Below, one piece after another: positions 1 through 7,263 of a DNA stretch of 64,000 nucleotides (positions are counted from its first letter, which is position 1; every line of letters starts with the position of its first letter). The stretch is from an uncultured Blautia sp. (GTDB lineage Bacteria; Bacillota; Clostridia; Lachnospirales; Lachnospiraceae). The stretch is taken from positions 1,838 through 65,837 of the forward strand of contig CABSEJ010000003.1 of NCBI GenBank assembly GCA_902476765.1, given 5' to 3'. A model generated the notes under the pieces. It had not been told where the DNA came from, ran no database searches, and saw only the letters and a list, made by a program, of their open reading frames with translations. Made by a program: the position numbers and the translations under genes.

Positions 1-69
1 AATTGGACAAGAGTAACTTTTTTTAGAGGAAAACAAAAAATTGTAAAGGAGATTTTAAAAGATGAATAA
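1..69 (+). CDS. 3' end of an ECF sigma-70 factor (partial, runs off window start)
   Basis: Frame 1 reads NWTRVTFFRGKQKIVKEILKDE*, typical of region 4 C-termini of Firmicutes ECF sigmas; it overlaps the start of the anti-sigma gene. Confidence 0.7.
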   Translation, partial: NWTRVTFFRGKQKIVKEILKDE

Positions 70-511
70 AGAACTTCCATGTTACATTATTTCTGATTTA
101 TTACCTTTATATCAAGATGATATATTATCAGAGCAAACGAAAAAAGATATTGATAAACATTTAAGTGAGTGTGAAGATTGTCGAAAGAAATTGATGGCAA
201 TGAAAATGCAAATAGATATTCAAAGCACTAATATTGAATTAAAAAGTAATCCATTGAAAAAGGTGAGATTTTATCAAAAAATGCTGATGGGGTTGGGCGC
301 AGTTATAGCATTTATTTTGGGTGCGTGCATTCCAATTGCTATATTAGGACTTACCGTTCTCGAGCGGGGAGAGATAGCTATCTATCAAATAGAGAGGGTG
401 AAAAGTCTTTGGTATGTATTAGCTTCATGGAGTGGTGTTGCAGGAATTGTAGTATGTGTAATCTATTTTTTAGTAATACTACTTATTAAGAAAATAATTA
501 AAAAACAGTAA
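62..511 (+). CDS. zf-HC2 zinc-finger anti-sigma factor with transmembrane helices
   Basis: C..I.DLLPLY...HLSECEDC zinc motif followed by two hydrophobic segments; coupled to the upstream sigma gene. Confidence 0.85.
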   Translation: MNKELPCYIISDLLPLYQDDILSEQTKKDIDKHLSECEDCRKKLMAMKMQIDIQSTNIELKSNPLKKVRFYQKMLMGLGAVIAFILGACIPIAILGLTVLERGEIAIYQIERVKSLWYVLASWSGVAGIVVCVIYFLVILLIKKIIKKQ

Positions 512-790
512 TAGAGAGTTAAAAATTAGTGTATAGCTTGTGTAATGAATACATTAAGAGTCGAAGAACTCCGGTTTGTAGGGAAATTGAAGTGCTTTAT
601 GAATGTTATAGTATTTAAGACTATTAGTTGATTTTAATGTATAGCATATTGCTGACAATAAAATGACAATACAATCTGATGAAAACATAGCAAATATACA
701 CAAAACATTTCATAAATGAACTGTTCAAAAACTAAAACAACGGGAAAGCACTACAAAGCAAATAGAACTTTGCGAGTTTGAGTGATGTGC

Positions 791-835
791 AAATCCCCAG
801 GAGCCTTGAAAATAGAGGCTTCTGGGGATTTTTTT
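791..835. terminator. Hairpin/terminator downstream of the integrase, within an att-like region
   Basis: aaatccccaggagcct...aggcttctggggattt stem followed by a T run. Confidence 0.6.
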
Positions 836-869
836 GTTGCTCGTGATGTTATTGTGATGTTAGATTTTG

Positions 870-1961
870 TTATCGTGCATATAATTCATATATTTTTTGG
901 TAACGTGGGATTACTTTGTCGACAATAAATTTGTCCAAATCCAGTATACTGCCGTTAATCATTTCGCATGAGGATATGGAGTCAGAGAGTAAAGCGAGGA
1001 TAAAATCTTTAAGCTGCAGATTTGGCCGGAAATTGGATAGAAGTTGTATTATAGAGTCCCCAAAAGCCAGAAGCGCCAGGTAATCCAGCAGCTTATAGCC
1101 AAATAGCTCTTCCGCATCAATGTCAATGCCATATCTCTGAAAAATATTCCGATTGTTTTTATGTATGTGAGTGTTGTCCTCTTCCTCTGCTTTATGGAGC
1201 AATGCCTGGCTGACTTTTCCCAATGGGGAGCCTGGGACCAGTTCTATATTGTCTGTATCATATTGTATGGCGACCTGTGGATTTTGCTGTAACAGGACCT
1301 CTATTTTTTGTGCCAGCACTTTATCAGTGCCAGGATATAAATGGGAATAAGTGTCCCAGGTGGTCTTGACCGAATCATGGCCGAGACGATGTGAGACTTC
1401 TTCAATGATAACTCCCATGTTTACCAGCATGGCAACATGGCTGTGCCGTAAATCATGGATGCGGATAGGTTTATTTCCAGCTCGCTTTGTCATCCGCCTA
1501 AACTCAGTCAGCAATCCATCTTTCTTAACATAAAAGATTCGTTCTTCCGGTTCCAGAGCCATGCTGTCCACAAAATCTAAGATTTGTTTATGCAAGGTTT
1601 CTGGAATTGTGACGGTGCGAATGCTTCGTTTGGTCTTTGGGGTGAGAAAAAACTCAATGCCGTCTACTACGGCATAATTTTTGTTTATATCTATGGCGGC
1701 CTCATCTCTTAATATATCCTGCGGTGTCAAAGCCAGCAGCTCCCCTTCACGGATTCCGCTGTAAAAAAGTATTTTAAAGGCTATCTGGTAGGTGATTTTC
1801 TTTTCATACTTCATAGCATGCTCAAATTCTTCCTGGGTCCAGAAGTTCATTTCATCAGCCCTGTTTTTTCCAATAAAGCCTGCAATGCGGCATGGATTGC
1901 TGGGAAGCTTATAATAGCTTACCGCATAATTCAGTATGGCAGATAGCTGAGATTGTATTTG
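870..1961 (-). pseudogene. Tyrosine recombinase/integrase, N-terminally truncated; catalytic domain intact, with a C-terminal extension
   Basis: Catalytic residues present: SGIREGEL (R), TPKT (K), HDLRH, LGH, TYSHLY (Y). The frame stays open upstream of the ATG at 1850 (QLSAILNYAVSYYKLPSNPCRIAG...ADEMNFWT, integrase core-binding-like) until a stop at 1962-1964, with no ATG or evident RBS. Confidence 0.8.
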
Positions 1962-2045
1962 TCAAGGGTAAATTCTGTGGAAAAATATGTGTTTCTTAAT
2001 AACATCCTTTTTGGGGGAAAAATGCAATAATTGCTTGTACTGTAC

Positions 2046-2074
2046 TTGATATATTAAGTAATGCTCCTTATAAT
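2046..2074 (+). promoter_or_regulatory. Sigma-70-type promoter of the pentapeptide-repeat gene
   Basis: TTGATA-N17-TATAAT, 47 bp before the ATG. Confidence 0.6.
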
Positions 2075-2121
2075 AACAGTGAAAGCATCATTTATCAGCA
2101 GAAAAGGGGGGGTGAGATATT

Positions 2122-2781
2122 ATGTCTTTAGCAGGGAAAAACAGAGCCATTTTCAGCTATAACAATTCTGATAAACAGAACAGCAATTTCATGTACAAAG
2201 ATTTTGAGAAAACAAAATCATATCATACAAGCTTCATAAATGCTCAGTTTACAGGTACATCCTTGAGAGCGGCTCATATGAAATACTGCAATTTTACAAA
2301 TTGTGTATTCACTGCAACTGAGTTCATCGGCACAAATCTTAGAGGAAGCAAATTTATCAGCGCAAAATTTGTTGATTGTATTTTTTCAGGGGGTGTTCTC
2401 GACAAAGCCAATTTCAAAGGTGCAACCTTCTCGAACTGTTATATTGTCGGAGTCAGCGGGAGAAGTGCGTACAATTTTCCAGACGATTTAAGTGGAAATG
2501 TTGTTTTACCTGCCTTGCCTCTACAAGACACTATTAGCAAAGAATTAAGTGCTGTAATTGAGCCATTGCGTGAAAATGATTATATTAGACGCTCCCATAC
2601 ACTTCATCTAAAAAATGGTAAAATCAACACCCTAACGATCATGATACTGAAGGAGATATATTCAAACGACCAACTGGTTCAACTACTTCCATTACTTCCG
2701 AAGATTGTAACCACCCAGTTTTATACCATCAGCCATCTGAAAGCATTCTTGAAAAAAGCCGAAAAAGAGGCTATACTATAA
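2122..2781 (+). CDS. Pentapeptide-repeat protein with an uncharacterised C-terminal domain
   Basis: Tandem 5-residue repeats (AQFTG TSLRA AHMKY CNFTN CVFTA TEFIG TNLRG SKFIS AKFVD CIFSG) followed by about 90 non-repeat residues. Confidence 0.9.
   Translation: MSLAGKNRAIFSYNNSDKQNSNFMYKDFEKTKSYHTSFINAQFTGTSLRAAHMKYCNFTNCVFTATEFIGTNLRGSKFISAKFVDCIFSGGVLDKANFKGATFSNCYIVGVSGRSAYNFPDDLSGNVVLPALPLQDTISKELSAVIEPLRENDYIRRSHTLHLKNGKINTLTIMILKEIYSNDQLVQLLPLLPKIVTTQFYTISHLKAFLKKAEKEAIL
2749..2777 (+). promoter_or_regulatory. Promoter embedded in the last codons of the pentapeptide gene
   Basis: TTGAAA (2749-2754)-N17-TATACT (2772-2777). Confidence 0.6.
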
Positions 2782-2783
2782 AT

Positions 2784-2878
2784 GCCCCGCACCTTTTCTG
2801 AGAAATCCCGAGCTTAAGTACATGGGTCTACGGACTGATTGGGGGTTGATTGTGCTTAATATAGCGGAGGTGTTGCCT
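2784..2878 (+). ncRNA. Putative structured RNA or 5' leader
   Basis: GCACCTTT (2789) can pair with SD-containing GGAGGTGT (2866-2873); TTAAGTACA (2814-2822) pairs with TGTGCTTAA (2851-2859); internal GGTC-TACG-GACT UNCG-tetraloop hairpin (2825-2836). Confidence 0.45.
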
Positions 2879-3001
2879 ATGGTAGCAGACGTTTTAACGG
2901 TGTTGTCTTTTATGGTGCTTTGCATGATGAAAGTTTTCCCAGTTATTTCTCAGATTGTAAAAGGTGTTGTATTGTTCAACAAGGCTTACTGCTGGAGGTA
3001 A
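2879..3001 (+). CDS. 40-aa hydrophobic peptide (type I toxin-like), not in the ORF track
   Basis: GGAGGTG RBS, then MVADVLTVLSFMVLCMMKVFPVISQIVKGVVLFNKAYCWR*; followed by a terminator. Confidence 0.5.
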   Translation: MVADVLTVLSFMVLCMMKVFPVISQIVKGVVLFNKAYCWR

Positions 3002-3024
3002 CCAGCAGTGAGCCTTACTTTTTG
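2981..3024 (+). terminator. Intrinsic terminator
   Basis: aaggcttactgctgg / ccagcagtgagcctt stem followed by acttttttg. Confidence 0.75.
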
Positions 3025-3040
3025 TGTAACAGTAAAAATA

Positions 3041-3224
3041 CCCCCCCCTGCTCTGCAGGGGGAAGGCAGATCTTTAGATAAAAGAAAGAGCTCCTGTGTT
3101 ATGATATAAGTGGGTCTGCAAAACCACAAATAAAATAACACAGGAGGTCCAAAGAATGGACGTTAATAGTTTAGCCCATACAAAATGGGAATGCAAGTAT
3201 CACATTGTATTTGCATCAAAATAA
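3041..3224 (+). mobile_element. tnpA: IS200-family remnant: left end plus the first 22 codons of tnpA
   Basis: Terminal hairpin ccccctgc...gcaggggg; ctcctgtgtta/taacacaggag stem over the RBS; ORF 3156-3224 MDVNSLAHTKWECKYHIVFASK* matches the IS200 TnpA N-terminus, then stops. Confidence 0.85.
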
Positions 3225-3277
3225 GAAACTTTCATTTTACGCTTTGTTATAAACGGATAGTTTGTCCGGAAACCGGA

Positions 3278-3799
3278 TTATAAACCAAGAAAATCTAAAG
3301 GGATGAAATTGTAAAAATAGTGACATCCCATATCTTCAATATATTTTAGTGTGTCACGATAACGTTCATCTTTGAACCAATTGTTGAATAGATAGAGAAA
3401 TTCAACATTAAAGTGCAGAGGTTGAAATAGCTTTTGATATTCCAGTTTTTTGAAATGACAACCAGGTAATTTCTCGTCTACGGAGCCGGCACAATTTTGA
3501 AATTTCTTTTCAATAATGTATACCGTATTATTTTTAAAATTTATAAAAGCCTCATCAGGAAGCCATTTTTTAGAATTGTAGTTTTTGTAACAGATACCGT
3601 TTGGAGTAAGAAAATGTGTATACAGCTGATATTGTGGTACACACATACCGATTTTCTCTGTATCACGATAAACTTCATGATTAATAACAGTGTAACCTGC
3701 ATTTATCAGGGTATCCTCCAGGGATGTGATTTGCTCAAAAGACAATCCATTCAGATTAGTGCGGGCACCGCCTCCGTGAGTATTAGGATTTCTTGGCAT
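3278..3799 (-). CDS. PD-(D/E)XK nuclease family protein
   Basis: GGGARTNLNGLSFE N-terminus and PDEAF...IIEKKFQ catalytic motif. Confidence 0.75.
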   Translation of the reverse strand: MPRNPNTHGGGARTNLNGLSFEQITSLEDTLINAGYTVINHEVYRDTEKIGMCVPQYQLYTHFLTPNGICYKNYNSKKWLPDEAFINFKNNTVYIIEKKFQNCAGSVDEKLPGCHFKKLEYQKLFQPLHFNVEFLYLFNNWFKDERYRDTLKYIEDMGCHYFYNFIPLDFLGL

Positions 3800-3973
3800 A
3801 TTCTACGACCTCCTTAAAAAATTCTGTTATTTCAACATCAAGTACATATGCAATCTGATTTAATACAGATATGGATAAGCTTTTAGTGCATCCGGCAGAT
3901 AAGTGTGATGGATACCACATTTATCGACAAAGGCTTTCTGCGGCAGCCCTATAGAAGTACAATATTTTTTCAT
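3783..3973 (-). pseudogene. Frameshifted XRE/Cro-type HTH regulator
   Basis: MKKYCTSIGLPQKAFVDKCGIHHTYL in one frame and SAGCTKSLSISVLNQIAYVLDVEITEFFKE... in another; overlaps the nuclease start. Confidence 0.55.
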
Positions 3974-4217
3974 TGTGGCCAAGGACTTTTATAATATCCA
4001 TAGTTGCAATCTTTGATTTGTATTATAGCAAAATTAAATACCATAAGTCTACATATAATAAGTATCCAAAGACGTAGAAACGAAGAGAGAAGAACTAATC
4101 AGGCCCCGGTTTAAGGCGTTACGGCAGAAATATACAGATAGGATAATTTTTTGGTGCATCCGGCAGCTTAAATCTTGGAACAAAAGTAACCTGATTCATA
4201 AAGCGTGAAGGTTCTGG

Positions 4218-4246
4218 TTGTTATTTGCTATATCTACAAGTATAAT
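4218..4246 (+). promoter_or_regulatory. Promoter of the R-M operon
   Basis: TTGTTA-N17-TATAAT. Confidence 0.55.
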
Positions 4247-4276
4247 GGATATGAAAAATTTGCTATCAGTTGAATA

Positions 4277-4324
4277 TACCCTCAGTGTACAAAGGGATGT
4301 TTGGCCCCTTGTACACTGAGGGTA
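4277..4324. repeat. 20-bp inverted repeat in the R-M leader
   Basis: taccctcagtgtacaaaggg / ccccttgtacactgagggta, 19 of 20 complementary, 8-nt loop. Confidence 0.85.
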
Positions 4325-4340
4325 GAGAAGAGGAATCAGA

Positions 4341-5174
4341 ATGGATAATTCGAGTATTGCTCCATTTGTAAAATGGGCTGGCGGAAAGCGGCAGTTATTG
4401 ACACAGATAAAAGAACGTATGCCGGAACAATATAATAATTATTTTGAGCCATTTGTAGGCGGAGGCGCAGTACTCTTTGGATTGCTGCCGGCGAATGCTT
4501 TGATAAATGACATTAACAAGGCGTTGATTAACACATACAGGCAGATTCGCAATGTGCCGGAAGAATTTCTAAAAGCAGTAAATAAGCTGGACGAGGAAAT
4601 GTGGGAGGATGGTAAAGAATATTATTATTTTCTCAGAGAGAACTATAACGATAAGCTTATGAAAGCAGAGTTCGATGTGGAGCTGGCCGCTTTATTCGTA
4701 TTTATGAATAAGCATTGTTTTAATGGATTGTATCGTGTAAATGGAAAGGGATTGTTTAATGTTCCGTATAACAATAGCAGAAGGGTATCTGTAGACGAAA
4801 AATCCATAAGAGAAACATCAAAATACCTTAAAGGAGTAACCATTATTGAGGGGGATTTCGAGGTCGCCTGCAAGAAGGCAAAAAACGGTGATTTTATCTT
4901 TATAGACAGCCCGTATGCGCCGCTGAATCCCACTTCTTTTGAAGCCTACACAAAAGAGGGATTTGATATAGAAAGCCATAAGCGATTGGCCAAGCTGTTT
5001 GATGACTTAACGTCCAGAGGCTGTTACTGTATGCTGACAAATCATAATACAGCTTTGATAAATGAATTGTATGGGAATAAAGGTTATAAAATAGATGTGG
5101 TAAGTGTAAAGCGTATGATTAATTCTGATGCATCCAACAGAGTTGGTGAAGAAGTGATTATATGTAATTATTAG
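4341..5174 (+). CDS. dpnM: Dam-family (D12 class) N6-adenine DNA methyltransferase, DpnM-like
   Basis: PFVKWAGGKRQL, EPFVGGGAV, FNGLYRVN..G.FNVP and DSPY (motif IV variant). Confidence 0.9.
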   Translation: MDNSSIAPFVKWAGGKRQLLTQIKERMPEQYNNYFEPFVGGGAVLFGLLPANALINDINKALINTYRQIRNVPEEFLKAVNKLDEEMWEDGKEYYYFLRENYNDKLMKAEFDVELAALFVFMNKHCFNGLYRVNGKGLFNVPYNNSRRVSVDEKSIRETSKYLKGVTIIEGDFEVACKKAKNGDFIFIDSPYAPLNPTSFEAYTKEGFDIESHKRLAKLFDDLTSRGCYCMLTNHNTALINELYGNKGYKIDVVSVKRMINSDASNRVGEEVIICNY

Positions 5175-5187
5175 AGGAGCCTGGAGG

Positions 5188-5991
5188 ATGGAGAACTTAT
5201 TTACAAAGAAAGTGCCATTATATTTCGAGACAAATGAATCGCAATTAGTGTTGGGTGATTCATTCAAAATTCTAACAAAGATGGAACCGGAATCTGTGGA
5301 TATGATATTTGCAGACCCACCTTATTTTTTAAGTAATGATGGTATTACCTGTCAAGGTGGAAAAATGGTTTCAGTGAATAAAGGCTCATGGGATAAACTT
5401 TCGGAGAGTGAAACCAGCGTTGAAGAAAAACACAAGTTTAACAGAAAGTGGATTAAGTTATGTAAGAAAGTACTAAAGCCTAATGGCACGATTTGGATAT
5501 CGGGAACATTACACAATATATATTCAATTGGTATGGCCTTGGAGCAGGAAGGCTTTAAGATAATCAACAACATAACCTGGCAGAAAACAAATCCACCGCC
5601 GAACTTAGGATGTCGATGCTTCACACATTCTACGGAGACCGTTTTATGGGCAAAGAAGAATGATAAGAAGTCCCGGCATTTTTTTAATTATGAAAAGATG
5701 AAAGCAGAAAATGGCGGCAAGCAGATGAAAGACGTGTGGACTGGTGCGTTAACAAAGCCTTCGGAGAAAACAGAAGGAAAACATCCAACACAGAAACCGG
5801 AATATTTGCTTGAAAGGATTGTGTTAGCATCTACAGAGAATGGACAAGTTATTTTAGATCCCTTCTGTGGCTCGGGTACTACCGGGGTGGAGGCTTTGCG
5901 ATTAGGCAGAAAATTTATTGGGATAGAGATAAGCGAAGAATTTTTACAGATAAGCAAGAAAAGACTGGAGAAGGCGGCAAATGAAAAATAG
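5188..5991 (+). CDS. dpnA: Beta-class N6/N4 DNA methyltransferase, DpnA-like
   Basis: DPPY, HPTQKP and DPFCGSGTT motifs; lies between dpnM-like and dpnB-like genes. Confidence 0.9.
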   Translation: MENLFTKKVPLYFETNESQLVLGDSFKILTKMEPESVDMIFADPPYFLSNDGITCQGGKMVSVNKGSWDKLSESETSVEEKHKFNRKWIKLCKKVLKPNGTIWISGTLHNIYSIGMALEQEGFKIINNITWQKTNPPPNLGCRCFTHSTETVLWAKKNDKKSRHFFNYEKMKAENGGKQMKDVWTGALTKPSEKTEGKHPTQKPEYLLERIVLASTENGQVILDPFCGSGTTGVEALRLGRKFIGIEISEEFLQISKKRLEKAANEK

Positions 5992-6844
5992 AGATTTCGA
6001 TGAGTGGTTGAGCAAGTTCCGGCCCAGCATATCAAGTTATGAGTATTATATCGACTTTGATAAGGTTGTCAGAAATGTAAATGAAATCAAGTTGGAATTG
6101 AATATTTTAAATTCATTAATTGGTTCGAAAAATATAGAGGAAGACTTTGAAAAAGTAGTAGCAAAGTATCCGGAAACGCTGAAATGCTTTCCGCTACTAC
6201 TGGCAGTAAGAGGATATGAAATTTATGCCCAGGATGAGGAAGGAGCGTTTTTGTATAATTTCAAAAACATGAATTACACAGTGGAGCAGTATAAAGTGTT
6301 TATGCGTAAAACAGGGTTATTTGATATGATTGAAAACCATTTGGTGAATAACCTTGTGGATTATGCATTGGGCATTGAAACAGGACTGGATTCCAATGGA
6401 CGTAAGAACCGTGGTGGTCATCAGATGGAAGATTTGGTTGAGAAGTACATAGTGGCAGCCGGATTCAAGAGAGATGTAAATTACTTTAAGGAAATGTACT
6501 TAAAGGATATTGAACAAAAGTGGAATATTGACTTATCTGCACTTTCTAATCAGGGAAAAGCAGCTAAGAGATTTGATTTTGTAATCAAGACAGATAGTCA
6601 GATTTATGGCATTGAAACAAATTTTTACGGTGGCGGAGGTTCAAAACTGAATGAAACTGCCAGAAGTTATAAAATGCTTTCGCAGGAAGCTGATACCATA
6701 GAGGGATTTACATTTGTATGGTTTACAGATGGAATAGGCTGGAAAAGCGCAAGAGGCAATTTGAGAGAAACATTCGAGATTATGGATACCATTTACAGTA
6801 TTGATGATATGGAAAATGGGGTTATGGGGAAAGTGTTTTTATAA
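5981..6844 (+). CDS. dpnB: DpnII-family type II restriction endonuclease (probably GATC)
   Basis: GLDSNGRKNRGG.ME, KRFDFVI, IETNFYGGGGSKLNETARSY and FVWFTDGIGW motifs. Confidence 0.9.
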   Translation: MKNRDFDEWLSKFRPSISSYEYYIDFDKVVRNVNEIKLELNILNSLIGSKNIEEDFEKVVAKYPETLKCFPLLLAVRGYEIYAQDEEGAFLYNFKNMNYTVEQYKVFMRKTGLFDMIENHLVNNLVDYALGIETGLDSNGRKNRGGHQMEDLVEKYIVAAGFKRDVNYFKEMYLKDIEQKWNIDLSALSNQGKAAKRFDFVIKTDSQIYGIETNFYGGGGSKLNETARSYKMLSQEADTIEGFTFVWFTDGIGWKSARGNLRETFEIMDTIYSIDDMENGVMGKVFL

Positions 6845-6873
6845 ATTTTGATATACGAATAGGAGATTACTTA

Positions 6874-7224
6874 ATGAGTTATAATGCATTACGTCCAATG
6901 GAACAGGATTGGAAATTGTTTCGGAAGAAGCTTCCGGGATGGCAGGAAAATTATATGGCCCAATTGAACAGAGAGTATCAAGAAATCCTCGCCCAGGATA
7001 AGAATCCATCAGATATTTTCTGGGAGTTGGAGGAGAGAATCTGGAAGGACAAGAAAAAGACAGGGGTTATCATCAGAGGCATGAGCCGGTCAAAAATGTG
7101 GGAACATATACTGGATTTGCTGCTGGAAGGAGCCATTACACTGGAGGACCTTTCGGAGTTCAGTGAAGATTTGCAGGAAAGAATGGCATGGATTATGAAG
7201 CGTTCAGAAAGGCAGAACGAGTAA
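6874..7224 (+). CDS. Hypothetical protein (116 aa, helical)
   Basis: AGGAG RBS; DWKLFRKKLPGWQENYM...; no catalytic motif recognised. Confidence 0.75.
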   Translation: MSYNALRPMEQDWKLFRKKLPGWQENYMAQLNREYQEILAQDKNPSDIFWELEERIWKDKKKTGVIIRGMSRSKMWEHILDLLLEGAITLEDLSEFSEDLQERMAWIMKRSERQNE

Positions 7225-7263
7225 GAATATGTGCTATTTTAATGTGTCAAAGGAGAAGGAATA

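Noticed and set aside
560..592. aactccggtttgtaggga motif after the anti-sigma gene as a possible gene-cassette recombination site
   Set aside because: Only one copy in the window, so it cannot be supported.
2122..2781. Calling the pentapeptide protein a Qnr/MfpA quinolone-resistance gene
   Set aside because: Only the repeat fold is shared; the shorter repeat region and extra C-terminal domain differ from Qnr.
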